A stretch of 64,000 bases of DNA from Clostridia bacterium (GCA_045591095.1 JAZNSF010000007.1:11918-75917), one strand, 5' to 3'. Numbered from the stretch's first letter, positions 1-7,965 are shown. A program made the numbers and translations. The notes: generated from the sequence alone by a model not told the origin.

Positions 1-697
1 AAGTAAAGGTTTCGCCTGCAAAATATCTTTCCATAAGTTCTTCCGAGCTTTCGGCAACAGCTTCGTTTATCATTTCGCGTACGGGTGCAATATCCGCTTC
101 CATGCCCTCGGGAATTGACGCTGTAACTGTGCGGTCGCCCTCGAACTTTCTTGCTTCGCCCTCAACTACATTTACAAAACCGGTAATCTTTTCGCCCTCA
201 CGGATAGGAACCTGAAGCGGCGCAATCTTTTTGCCGTACTTTTCGCGAAGCTGGTCAAGTACCCCGTAATAGTTTACTCTTTCGTCGTCAACCTTGTTTA
301 TGAAAATGAGTTTGGGGATACCCATTTCGTCTGCATACTTCCATGCCTTTTCGGCACCAACGGTAAGACCTGACTTTCCGCTTAGCACAATAACTGCAGC
401 ATCCGAAACCTTGATACCCTGCTGAACTTCGCCCACAAAATCAAAAAATCCTGGTGTGTCAATAATATTAAACTTAGTGCCGCTCCAGTCACAAGTTGCA
501 ACTGCCGCACTGATTGAAAATTTGCGTTTTATTTCCTCCGGGTCAAAATCCATAACTGTGTTGCCGTCCTGAGTTCTTCCCATACGTTCAACCGAGCCTG
601 CTGTGTAAAGCATAGCCTCTGCCAGTGATGTCTTTCCCGAGTTTCCATGTCCTAAAAGACAAAAGTTTTTGATTTTTGATGTTTCATACAGTTTCAA
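1..697 (-). CDS. EF-G family translational GTPase (EF-G2-like paralog), N-terminal part; gene runs off the window start
   Basis: Not in the ORF track because it is an edge ORF. My reverse translation from TTG at 697-695 gives MKLYETSKIKNFCLLGHGNSGKTSLAEAMLYTAGSVERMGRTQDGNTVMDFD. It has a G1 P-loop GHGNSGKT. GGAGGG SD at 705-710 lies 7 nt upstream. Confidence 0.75.
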   Translation of the reverse strand, partial: MKLYETSKIKNFCLLGHGNSGKTSLAEAMLYTAGSVERMGRTQDGNTVMDFDPEEIKRKFSISAAVATCDWSGTKFNIIDTPGFFDFVGEVQQGIKVSDAAVIVLSGKSGLTVGAEKAWKYADEMGIPKLIFINKVDDERVNYYGVLDQLREKYGKKIAPLQVPIREGEKITGFVNVVEGEARKFEGDRTVTASIPEGMEADIAPVREMINEAVAESSEELMERYFAGETFT

Positions 698-889
698 TTT
701 TCAACCCTCCAATGTTTTATGTACTGCTTTTAGTTTGTATTACTGACTGTGCCTTTAAAAAGGCCTTATCAATACAATACAATATAATTATACCTTAAAT
801 CTTCGAAAATTTCAACCAAAAACCAAACAATATTTTTTTATTTTTTTAGCTAAATTCACCAAATTTAAATTTCCTCAAGTGGAGTACCT

Positions 890-938
890 CTTGCGACCCC
901 CTGCCGCACCGATTTATAACTCAGGAGCTTGTAACTAC
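890..938 (+). repeat. Direct repeat copy R1 (core CTTGCGACCCCCTGCCGCACCGATT plus diverged tail ...AGGAGCTTGTAACTAC)
   Basis: The 25-nt core is 24/25 identical to 1030-1054. The tail is recognisably similar to 1055-1077. Confidence 0.8.
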
Positions 939-1029
939 TTTTAGAATTATAGGCGGGCGCCACTCCCTATGACCCCATATTTTAGAATCTTTAAATTCTT
1001 TTGCAAAGGGGCCTCAGCAGCAAGGCCCC

Positions 1030-1077
1030 CTTGCGACCCCCTGCCGCGCCGATTCACGCCTTAGGTGGCTGTAATAC
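1030..1077 (+). repeat. Direct repeat copy R2 (CTTGCGACCCCCTGCCGCGCCGATT ...AGGTGGCTGTAATAC)
   Basis: Second copy, 140 nt downstream of R1. It is preceded by the GGGGCC/GGCCCC hairpin 1008-1029. Confidence 0.8.
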
Positions 1078-1134
1078 TCAAATTGTCTGCGAGTACCAAA
1101 CGCTCGGATACTTAAACCCATTAAGAGCCTCGCT

Positions 1135-1180
1135 AAATCGGTGGTGCCTGCAGCGGAAATTGATTGCACCACCGATTTTT
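1135..1180 (+). repeat. Palindromic element H1: 13-bp perfect stem AAATCGGTGGTGC / GCACCACCGATTT with an 18-nt loop
   Basis: Arms at 1135-1147 and 1166-1178, followed by extra T residues, so it is terminator-like on the plus strand. Stem and loop resemble the reverse complement of 1345-1387. Confidence 0.8.
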
Positions 1181-1325
1181 GATGTCCTCGACAATTTTCG
1201 AAACACCCACCAATCGTCGTTCATAAGCGATTTTAAAAAAAACACCCCGCTGGTCTTTAATTTCCCTAGAGGAATACCCTAAGAACATTCCGCATTAAGG
1301 AGAGGCGAGTGATAGCTGTTTGCAA

Positions 1326-1442
1326 AGCCTTCAAAAAGGCGCAAAAATCGGCGTCACATTAGTTTCCTTTGCTGGTGACGCCGATTTAATGAGAGCAAAC
1401 AATAGGTTTGTTTATTCGAATGGTTGCGCCTTTTTGAAGGCT
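1326..1442. other. 117-nt predicted three-way-junction element with a 19-bp perfect closing stem and two internal hairpins
   Basis: Closing stem: AGCCTTCAAAAAGGCGCAA (1326-1344) pairs perfectly with TTGCGCCTTTTTGAAGGCT (1424-1442). Inner hairpin: AAATCGGCGTCAC (1345-1357) with GTGACGCCGATTT (1375-1387). Second hairpin: AAACAA (1397-1402) with TTGTTT (1408-1413). Confidence 0.6.
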
Positions 1443-1518
1443 GAGCAATTACAGATATCCAAGACTCGAACAGCGGAAGTGGGGGTCCAAGGGGCACTCC
1501 CCTTGTAAAAAATAATAC

Positions 1519-1547
1519 TTGTAAAATAACTAATTTAGTGATATAAT
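1519..1547 (+). promoter_or_regulatory. Sigma-A type promoter of module A
   Basis: TTGTAA (1519-1524), 17-nt spacer, TGaTATAAT extended -10 (1539-1547). A second TTGTAA lies 16 nt upstream (1503-1508). Confidence 0.6.
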
Positions 1548-1550
1548 ATC

Positions 1551-1725
1551 TTTGCGACGAATTTTTTGAATATATTGTTCAGTTGAGAGTTACGCTATTG
1601 TAAAAAGCGTACCTCTGACTTTGTCATCTCTCAACTGGATATGTTCAAAAAAAAGTTTGTCGCAAAACTTGTCGGAGTGATACGTTTTTTGGATGTGTTG
1701 CCTCGGCAGCACATCTTTTTTATTG
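1551..1725 (+). ncRNA. Module A: candidate structured RNA (about 40-bp imperfect hairpin 1551-1667 enclosing a small hairpin, then an intrinsic terminator); no ORF follows
   Basis: TTTGCGAC...CAGTTGAGAG pairs with CTCTCAACTG...GTCGCAAA. Internal hairpin TACGCT-ATTGTAAAA-AGCGTA. Homologous to module B. The GGAGGA at 1727-1732 has no start codon after it. Confidence 0.4.
1693..1725 (+). terminator. Intrinsic terminator of module A
   Basis: Stem GATGTGTTG / CAGCACATC with one G-U pair, a 6-nt loop, then TTTTTTATT. Confidence 0.75.
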
Positions 1726-1755
1726 GAGGAAGATATTCTTGTAACAAAAAACAGT

Positions 1756-1784
1756 TGTAATTTTCTTTAATTTATGGTACACTA
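1756..1784 (+). promoter_or_regulatory. Sigma-A type promoter of module B
   Basis: TTGTAA (1756-1761), 17-nt spacer, TGgTACACT (1776-1784). A second TTGTAA lies 16 nt upstream (1740-1745), the same layout as module A. Confidence 0.5.
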
Positions 1785-1789
1785 AATAT

Positions 1790-1983
1790 ACCACACTTTT
1801 TTATAGTACAATTTAATATTTCTTTGCGTAAGGGGTACGCTATAAAAAAAGCGTATACTTTGTTTCATCATAACCCTTGTGCAAATAAGTTGTGCTATGA
1901 ATAAAGAGTGTGGTAACCCTTTAGAAACAAAGTCACTGCGTTTTTTATGTGTGACTCTCTAGAGGGTCACACATTTTTTATTG
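1790..1983 (+). promoter_or_regulatory. Module B: structured 5' leader with alternative pairings and a terminator directly upstream of the SD of the 70-aa ORF (candidate attenuator or riboswitch-like element, class unknown)
   Basis: TTTGCGTAAGGG pairs with CCCTTGTGCAAA around the hairpin TACGCT-ATAAAAAA-AGCGTA. ACTTTGTTTC (1858-1867) is complementary to GAAACAAAGT (1925-1934). TACCACACT (1790-1798) is complementary to AGTGTGGTA (1908-1916). Confidence 0.45.
1948..1983 (+). terminator. Intrinsic terminator of module B
   Basis: 12-bp stem ATGTGTGACTCT / AGGGTCACACAT with one G-U pair, loop CTAG, then TTTTTTATT running into GGAGGA. Confidence 0.75.
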
Positions 1984-1994
1984 GAGGAACAAAA

Positions 1995-2207
1995 ATGGAA
2001 AAAGAGTTTTTAAAAAGCCTTGTGGTAGCGGCTGCCGCCAAAGAGATTTCCAGGCAAAACCTTGACCTTGATGCCCTCGCTGAAAATCACGCCGTAATGA
2101 TGCTTGACGAAATTAAAAACATCCTTAATACCCGCCTTTCCTCTGACGAAAAGATTGAACGAATACTTAAAATACTTGTATTCTGTGAAGTACCACCGCA
2201 TATATAA
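1995..2207 (+). CDS. Hypothetical small protein, 70 aa, predicted helical, no family recognised
   Basis: ATG at 1995 lies 5 nt after GGAGGA (1984-1989), in frame with track ORF 1947..2207. Sequence begins MEKEFLKSLVVAAAAKEISRQNLDLDALAENH... A hairpin follows the stop codon. Confidence 0.55.
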   Translation: MEKEFLKSLVVAAAAKEISRQNLDLDALAENHAVMMLDEIKNILNTRLSSDEKIERILKILVFCEVPPHI

Positions 2208-2247
2208 AAAAACCGCTAGACTCGCATCTAACGGTTTTTTATTTTTT
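2206..2247. terminator. Bidirectional terminator between the small ORF and ileS
   Basis: AAAAAACCG ... CGGTTTTTT with an inner TAGA/TCTA stem. A and T runs are present on both sides. Confidence 0.5.
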
Positions 2248-2253
2248 AAAGTC

Positions 2254-5200
2254 TTAAGCTTTTTCGATTGCGATTGTAACCTTTTCGCCGTTGATATTCC
2301 ACTCTTTGCCGCTGTTTTCGCTCATTTCAATCGAAACAGCAAGTGCCTGAGACGCAATTTCTTCTTTGTTGGCGCTTATTACACTGTCAATCTTTTCGCT
2401 ACCTGAGTAAAGGACTTTGATGTGGTCCTGAACTTCAAATCCGCTGTCTTTACGCATGGTCTGGATTTTGCTCAGGATTTCTCTTACAAAGCCTTCTTCG
2501 ATTAGCTCATCTGTAAGGTTTGTATCAAGAACAACAGTAAATCCACCCTCGCTGTCTGACACAAATCCGTCTTTTTGTAAGGTTTCAACCAAAACATCTT
2601 CCATGCCAAATTCAACATCAGTTCCTTCAATGTTAAGCTTGATAAGCTCGCCCTTTTGAAGAGTAGCCATTACCTCGGCGCCATTCATTTTGTTTACTTC
2701 TTCAAATATAGCTCTTACTATCTTGCCGTACTTGGGGCCCATTGTCTTTAGCTGAGGCTTGAAGTTGTACGAAATAAATGCGCTTGCATCCTCGGTAATC
2801 TGGAGTTCCTTGACATTAAGCTCGTCTAAGATTATATCACGGTAAACCTCGTCAAGAGCCTGTTTTGTCTGAACAAAGATTTTTGCGATAGGCTGTCTGT
2901 TTTTAACGTTGGCAGCATTTCGGCAGGCACGGCCAAGGATTACAACTTTTCGTGCTGCGTCCATTTCACTCTCGATTTCGGGGAAGTCAAATGTCTCATT
3001 TGCAATCGGGAAGTCGCAAAGGTGAATACTCTCGGGTGCGGTCTTATCAACACTTAACACAAGATTACGGTAAATCATTTCGGTCATAAACGGAATGAAC
3101 GGTGCGCAAACCTTTGAGAACTCGGTAAGCACTGTGTAAAGTGTCATATATGCTGCTATCTTGTCGCTGTCAAGCTCGCTTGCCCAGAATCTTTCTCTGG
3201 ATCTACGAACATACCAGTTCGAAAGCTCGTCGGTAAATTCCTGAATAACGCGTGTTGCCTCGGTAATCTTATAGTTTTCAAGATATTCGTCAACACTTCT
3301 TATAACGTTATTTAGCTTTGACAAAATCCACTTATCAAGAAGTGTGAGGCTTGATGCATCAAGCTTATGCTCGGTCGGGTTGAACTTATCAATCTCGGCA
3401 TAAAGCACATAGAACGCATAAGTATTCCAAAGTGTACCCATAAACTTTCTCTGTGCTTCTGAAACAGCTTCGTCGTGGAAGCGATTTGGAAGCCAGGGAG
3501 CACTGTTTGAATAGAAGTACCATCTTACTGCATCCGAGCCTTGCTTATTGAGGACATCCCAGGGATTAACAACATTTCCTATATGCTTTGACATCTTGCG
3601 TCCGTCCTTGTCCTGAACGTGACCAAGAACAACCACGTTTTTGTAAGGTGCTTTGTCAAAAAGCAAGGTGGAAATGGCAATAAGTGTATAGAACCAGCCC
3701 CGCGTCTGGTCGATAGCTTCACTGATAAAGTCAGCAGGGAAGTTATTGTCGAACATCTCTTTATTTTCAAATGGATAGTGCCACTGTGCAAATGGCATTG
3801 AGCCTGAGTCAAACCAGCAGTCGATAACGTCTGCTACTCTCTTCATTTCGCCGCCGCACTTTTCGCACTTTAAGAAAACATTATCAACATAAGGCTTATG
3901 AAGCTCGATATCATCGGGAACGTTAATGCCCTTTGTCTTAAGCTCTTCAATAGAGCCAATGCATTCGTGGTGACCACATTCACAAGTCCAGATAGGAAGC
4001 GGAGTTCCCCAGTATCTTGAACGCGAAAGACCCCAGTCGATTACATTTTCAAGGAAGTTTCCAAATCTGCCGTGCTTGATGTTGTCAGGAAGCCAATTTA
4101 CTGTTTCGTTGTTCTTAAGGAGATTATCACGAACAGCAGACATCTTGATAAACCATGTATCGCAAGCATAGTAAAGAAGCGGTGTATCGCATCTCCAGCA
4201 GAATGGATAGCTGTGCTCAAAGTCAATAACGCTAAAAAGCTGACCTCGGTCACGAAGGTCGCGGATAACAAGCTTGTCTACGTCCTTTACAAACATACCC
4301 TTCCAAGGCTCAACTGCGTCAACAAACTTACCCTGGGTGTTTACAAGGTTTACGAAAGGTAAATCGTTTTCCTTACCAACTCTTGAGTCGTCTTCACCAA
4401 ATGCAGGCGCAATGTGTACGATACCAGTACCATCACTCATTGTAACGTAATTGTCAGCTACAACAAAATATGCCTTTTTGTCTGGGTTTGCGAAAGTAAA
4501 GAGTGGCTCGTATTCAAGACCGCAAAGGTCTGTACCTACGTATTTTTCAACTATCTCGTATTCGTCCTTGATAACAGTATCCAGCAGTGCTTCTGCAAGG
4601 ATATATGATTCTTCGCCGCACTTGATTTTTACATAAGTTTCCCTTGGGTTTACGCAAAGTGCAACGTTTGACGGCAAAGTCCAGGGGGTTGTGGTCCAGG
4701 CAAGGATATATTCGTTGGTCTTACCCTTTACAATAAACTTTGCAATTAAAGATGCTTCCTTTACGTCCTTATAGCCTTGTGCAACCTCGTGGCTTGAAAG
4801 CGAAGTGCCACAGCGGGGGCAGTATGGCATAATTTTATGGCCTTTGTAAAGAAGCTTTTTGTCCCAGATTGTCTTAAGCGCCCACCAGACAGACTCGATA
4901 TAATCGTTGTGATAGGTAACGTATGGGTTTTCCATATCCGCCCAGAAGCCGACACGGTCACTCATTTCCTCCCACTCACTTTGATAGGTGAAAACACTGT
5001 CCTTACACTTTTTGACAAAGTCCTCGATACCATAGTTTTCAATCTGGGGCTTACCGCTGATGCCTAGCTGTTTTTCGACTTCAAGCTCAACAGGAAGACC
5101 GTGGGTATCCCAGCCCGCCTTTCTTTGCACGCTAAAGCCTTTCATTGTGCGATAACGTGGTATAAGGTCCTTAATAACACGTGTCAAAACGTGACCGATA

Positions 5201-5364
5201 TGGGGTTTACCATTTGCTGTCGGCGGGCCGTCAAAAAAGGTAAAGATTTCCGCACCGTCACGGGCTTGTATACTCTTTTTAAATATATCGTTTTCTTTCC
5301 AGAAATTTACTATGTCCTTTTCTCTTTCCACAAAGGACAAGTCGGTTGATACCTTATCGTACAT
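2254..5364 (-). CDS. ileS: Isoleucine--tRNA ligase, long (type 2-like) form, 1036 aa
   Basis: HIGH motif (PHIGHVL), KMSKH loop, CP1 editing region, and a length of about 1030 aa typical of IleRS2. Confidence 0.93.
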   Translation of the reverse strand: MYDKVSTDLSFVEREKDIVNFWKENDIFKKSIQARDGAEIFTFFDGPPTANGKPHIGHVLTRVIKDLIPRYRTMKGFSVQRKAGWDTHGLPVELEVEKQLGISGKPQIENYGIEDFVKKCKDSVFTYQSEWEEMSDRVGFWADMENPYVTYHNDYIESVWWALKTIWDKKLLYKGHKIMPYCPRCGTSLSSHEVAQGYKDVKEASLIAKFIVKGKTNEYILAWTTTPWTLPSNVALCVNPRETYVKIKCGEESYILAEALLDTVIKDEYEIVEKYVGTDLCGLEYEPLFTFANPDKKAYFVVADNYVTMSDGTGIVHIAPAFGEDDSRVGKENDLPFVNLVNTQGKFVDAVEPWKGMFVKDVDKLVIRDLRDRGQLFSVIDFEHSYPFCWRCDTPLLYYACDTWFIKMSAVRDNLLKNNETVNWLPDNIKHGRFGNFLENVIDWGLSRSRYWGTPLPIWTCECGHHECIGSIEELKTKGINVPDDIELHKPYVDNVFLKCEKCGGEMKRVADVIDCWFDSGSMPFAQWHYPFENKEMFDNNFPADFISEAIDQTRGWFYTLIAISTLLFDKAPYKNVVVLGHVQDKDGRKMSKHIGNVVNPWDVLNKQGSDAVRWYFYSNSAPWLPNRFHDEAVSEAQRKFMGTLWNTYAFYVLYAEIDKFNPTEHKLDASSLTLLDKWILSKLNNVIRSVDEYLENYKITEATRVIQEFTDELSNWYVRRSRERFWASELDSDKIAAYMTLYTVLTEFSKVCAPFIPFMTEMIYRNLVLSVDKTAPESIHLCDFPIANETFDFPEIESEMDAARKVVILGRACRNAANVKNRQPIAKIFVQTKQALDEVYRDIILDELNVKELQITEDASAFISYNFKPQLKTMGPKYGKIVRAIFEEVNKMNGAEVMATLQKGELIKLNIEGTDVEFGMEDVLVETLQKDGFVSDSEGGFTVVLDTNLTDELIEEGFVREILSKIQTMRKDSGFEVQDHIKVLYSGSEKIDSVISANKEEIASQALAVSIEMSENSGKEWNINGEKVTIAIEKA

Positions 5365-5419
5365 TATACGACCTCCTAAATGTATGTAAATTTTAAATTA
5401 AAAAACTACATTCTTATTT

Positions 5420-5448
5420 ATTTTACAAGAAATTTAGGGGTTTGTAAA
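5420..5448 (-). promoter_or_regulatory. Candidate ileS promoter
   Basis: On the minus strand: TTTACA (5448-5443), 17 nt, TAAAAT (5425-5420). The leader is about 50 nt. Confidence 0.5.
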
Positions 5449-5508
5449 GTAATTTATGAAAATTCCTTTAATTTTTGGTAACTTTTTTCTTTAAAAATCA
5501 AAAAATCA

Positions 5509-5537
5509 TTGAATTACCTTGCCAAGTGTGGTATACT
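5509..5537 (+). promoter_or_regulatory. Candidate promoter of the Clp ATPase gene
   Basis: TTGAAT, 17-nt spacer, TGgTATACT extended -10. Confidence 0.55.
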
Positions 5538-5611
5538 TTTTTGAATGAAACGAATTTTTGTCGGCAGTAAATGCCGAAAATATATGCGAATAATTTTCAC
5601 GGAGGTAAGTT

Positions 5612-7963
5612 ATGCTCTGCATTAGATGCAAAAAAAATATGGCCGTCGTTTTTATCAACAAAATCGAGTCCGACGGCAAGCAGGTAAACGAAGGCTATTG
5701 CCTCTCCTGTGCAAAAGAACTTAATATCGGTGCTGTAAGCGATATGATTAAAAACCTTGGCATAAGTCCCGAGGAGTTTGACAATATGAACACCGAATCT
5801 ATGCGTATGATGGAGGATATGAGCGAGTCCGGCGACTTTGACCCATCAGCTTTCGGCGAGATATTTGGCCAGCTTGGCGACTTTGACGACAGCGAAGATG
5901 GCGGTGCTACAAAAAAATCACCACTCTCCTTCCTTTCTAATATGTTTGGCGCACCGCAAGGCAGTGAAAAGAAAGAAGCAAGCGATAAATCAGGCGCTAA
6001 AGATAGCGAAAAGCAAGAGAAAAAGGACAAGAAACGTAAGTTTTTAAATATGTACGGCACCAACCTTACCCAAAAAGCAAAGGACGGACAAATCGACCGC
6101 GTAATCGGCAGAGACTCGGAAATGGCGCGTGTCAGCCAAATCCTTAATCGCCGCACAAAAAATAACCCCGTGCTTCTTGGCGAGCCAGGCGTTGGAAAGA
6201 CAGCAATTGCCGAGGGTCTTGCCCTAAAAATTGTTGAGGGTAATGTCCCCGCAAAGCTTCTTGACAAAGAAATTTATCTTATCGATATGGCAGCAATGGT
6301 TGCGGGAACACAGTTTAGGGGTCAGTTTGAGTCAAGGCTTAAAAGTCTTATAAACGAAGTAAAAACTCTTGGCAACATAATCTTAGTTATTGACGAAGTT
6401 CATATTCTTACCAAAGCGGGCGATGCCGAGGGCGCTATGAACGCGGGTAATATACTAAAACCCGCACTTTCGCGTGGTGAAATCCAGATAATCGGTGCAA
6501 CCACTTTGGAAGAATACCGAAAATACATCGAAAAAGATACTGCACTTGAAAGACGTTTCCAGTCGGTTTTGGTTGAAGAGCCTTCGGTTGAAGAAACTAT
6601 CGAGATTTTACGCGGCATAAAAAGCTACTACGAAAACTATCACCATGTTAAGATTTCAGAGGATATTATCCGCACTGCGGCAATTCTTTCGAAAAGATAT
6701 ATAACCGACCGTTTTCTCCCCGACAAAGCAATTGACGTAATCGACGAAGCTTCATCAAAGGCAAACCTTTTAAACTCGTCACTGGTAGAAATTGCAAAAC
6801 TTGAATCAGAGCTTAAAGCCGTTGAAAAAGCTCAGGCAGAGCTTGAGGCAGAAAACACAAAAACAGACGAAGTGCCTGCTGAAAACTACGAGAAGCTTGC
6901 GCAGCTTAAAAGTCGTGAATGTAGCATTAACGAAAAGCTAAACGCCTTAAAGAGTGACGCGATGGAAACCGAGCTAACTCCTGAGGATTTGGCATCAGTA
7001 ATCGAAAACTGGACAAAAATTCCGGTTAAAAACATTGCCGAGTTTGAGGCAAATAACTTAGTTAACCTTGAAGAAAAACTCCACAAAAATCTGATAGGCC
7101 AAAACGAGGCAGTCTCTGCTGTTGCACGTGGTATACGCCGCAAGCGCGCAGGGTTCAGCCTTAAGCGTCGCCCTGCATCGTTCATTTTTGTAGGCCCTAC
7201 AGGCGTTGGTAAGACCGAGCTTGTAAAGCAAATCGCAATCGAAGTATTTTCGACCGAGGACGCACTTATCCGCTTTGATATGTCCGAGTTTATGGAAAAG
7301 CACTCGGCATCAAGACTTATAGGCTCGCCCCCGGGATACGTTGGCTATGACGATGCCGGTCAGCTGACCGAAAAGGTCCGCCGTCACCCATACAGCGTGA
7401 TACTTTTTGACGAAATCGAAAAAGCACACCCTGACGTATTTAATATGCTACTTCAAATCCTTGACGACGGCCGAATAACCGACAGCCACGGCAAAACTGT
7501 TTCGTTTGAGGATACCATTATCATAATGACGTCAAACGCCGGAAGCACTGATTCTTCTGCTGTTATGGGATTTGGTGCTGACAGCAATTCTTCTTCAAAA
7601 GCTAAAGCCGAGCGTGCACTTCGCCAGATTTTCAGACCCGAGTTTTTGAATAGAATTGACGAAATTGTGGTCTTTGACCAGCTTACCAAGGAAGACTTAC
7701 TCAAGATAGCAAATTTGATGCTTTTAGAGCTTAAAAAAGGTCTTTTGGAGAAAGGTATCGCACTTAGTATTACCGACAGTGCAAAGGAACTTATTGCACG
7801 AGAAGGCTACAGCACCACATACGGCGCAAGGCCTATGCGAAGATTCATTGAACGCCACGTCGAGGATAAGCTTGCTCAGCTTTATATTGCGGGTGACCTT
7901 AAAGACGGAAACACAGCATCAGTTGACGTTTTGGACGAAGAAATCAAAATACAATTAATCTAA
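5612..7963 (+). CDS. clpE: ClpE-like class III AAA+ Clp/Hsp100 ATPase with an N-terminal C4 zinc ribbon
   Basis: N-terminus has CIRC...CLSC. There are two Walker A motifs (GEPGVGKT and GPTGVGKT) and a short coiled-coil middle region. No double Clp_N repeat is present. Confidence 0.85.
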   Translation: MLCIRCKKNMAVVFINKIESDGKQVNEGYCLSCAKELNIGAVSDMIKNLGISPEEFDNMNTESMRMMEDMSESGDFDPSAFGEIFGQLGDFDDSEDGGATKKSPLSFLSNMFGAPQGSEKKEASDKSGAKDSEKQEKKDKKRKFLNMYGTNLTQKAKDGQIDRVIGRDSEMARVSQILNRRTKNNPVLLGEPGVGKTAIAEGLALKIVEGNVPAKLLDKEIYLIDMAAMVAGTQFRGQFESRLKSLINEVKTLGNIILVIDEVHILTKAGDAEGAMNAGNILKPALSRGEIQIIGATTLEEYRKYIEKDTALERRFQSVLVEEPSVEETIEILRGIKSYYENYHHVKISEDIIRTAAILSKRYITDRFLPDKAIDVIDEASSKANLLNSSLVEIAKLESELKAVEKAQAELEAENTKTDEVPAENYEKLAQLKSRECSINEKLNALKSDAMETELTPEDLASVIENWTKIPVKNIAEFEANNLVNLEEKLHKNLIGQNEAVSAVARGIRRKRAGFSLKRRPASFIFVGPTGVGKTELVKQIAIEVFSTEDALIRFDMSEFMEKHSASRLIGSPPGYVGYDDAGQLTEKVRRHPYSVILFDEIEKAHPDVFNMLLQILDDGRITDSHGKTVSFEDTIIIMTSNAGSTDSSAVMGFGADSNSSSKAKAERALRQIFRPEFLNRIDEIVVFDQLTKEDLLKIANLMLLELKKGLLEKGIALSITDSAKELIAREGYSTTYGARPMRRFIERHVEDKLAQLYIAGDLKDGNTASVDVLDEEIKIQLI

Positions 7964-7965
7964 TT

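Noticed and set aside
890-1077. CRISPR array
   Set aside because: There are only two direct-repeat copies. The spacing of 140 nt is far longer than a CRISPR spacer. The flanks of the repeats are also homologous, and no cas genes are present.
1388-1422. Hammerhead-like core (AAUGAGAG - stem - UAUUCGAAU) in the three-way junction
   Set aside because: The conserved CUGAUGA and GAAA core nucleotides are not matched; the sequence has UAAUGAG and CGAAU instead. No cleavage-site context is present. The resemblance is superficial.
1458-1480. tRNA T-arm-like GTTCGAGTC (minus strand) and 5S-rRNA-like CGAACAGCGGAAGT
   Set aside because: The sequences flanking the putative T-loop do not pair into a T-stem, and no acceptor or anticodon arms can be built. 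The 5S resemblance is limited to about 12 nt.
1001-1508. Track ORFs 1001..1282 (93 aa) and 1320..1508 (62 aa) as protein-coding genes
   Set aside because: Both start at TTG without a well-spaced SD; the AAGGAGAGG at 1297-1305 is 14 nt from the TTG at 1320. They read straight through long perfect palindromes and repeat copies. Their products are low-complexity (Pro/Ala/Gly-rich) with no recognisable motif. They are treated as non-coding, with some residual doubt for the second.
1895-1925. T-box antiterminator sequence (AGAGTGTGGTAACCC) in module B
   Set aside because: The match to the GGGUGGUACCGCG consensus is only partial. No Stem I or specifier architecture is present. The downstream gene is a 70-aa orphan, not an aminoacyl-tRNA synthetase or amino-acid gene.
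5365-5450. T-box leader upstream of ileS
   Set aside because: The distance from the predicted promoter to the start codon is only about 50 nt and contains no terminator or antiterminator.
5493-5512. CtsR operator upstream of the Clp ATPase gene
   Set aside because: AAATCAAAAAATCATTG only loosely resembles the (A/G)GTCAAA direct-repeat consensus because the GTC cores are missing. This is not enough to call.
5695-6267. 190-aa antisense ORF inside the Clp ATPase gene, plus similar long shadow ORFs at 37052..37564, 50641..51102, 52937..53632, 55210..55794, 61465..61929 and 61922..62623
   Set aside because: Each lies fully opposite a confidently identified gene. Each has a Ser/Pro/Leu-rich composition typical of antisense frames, and none has an SD or a known motif.
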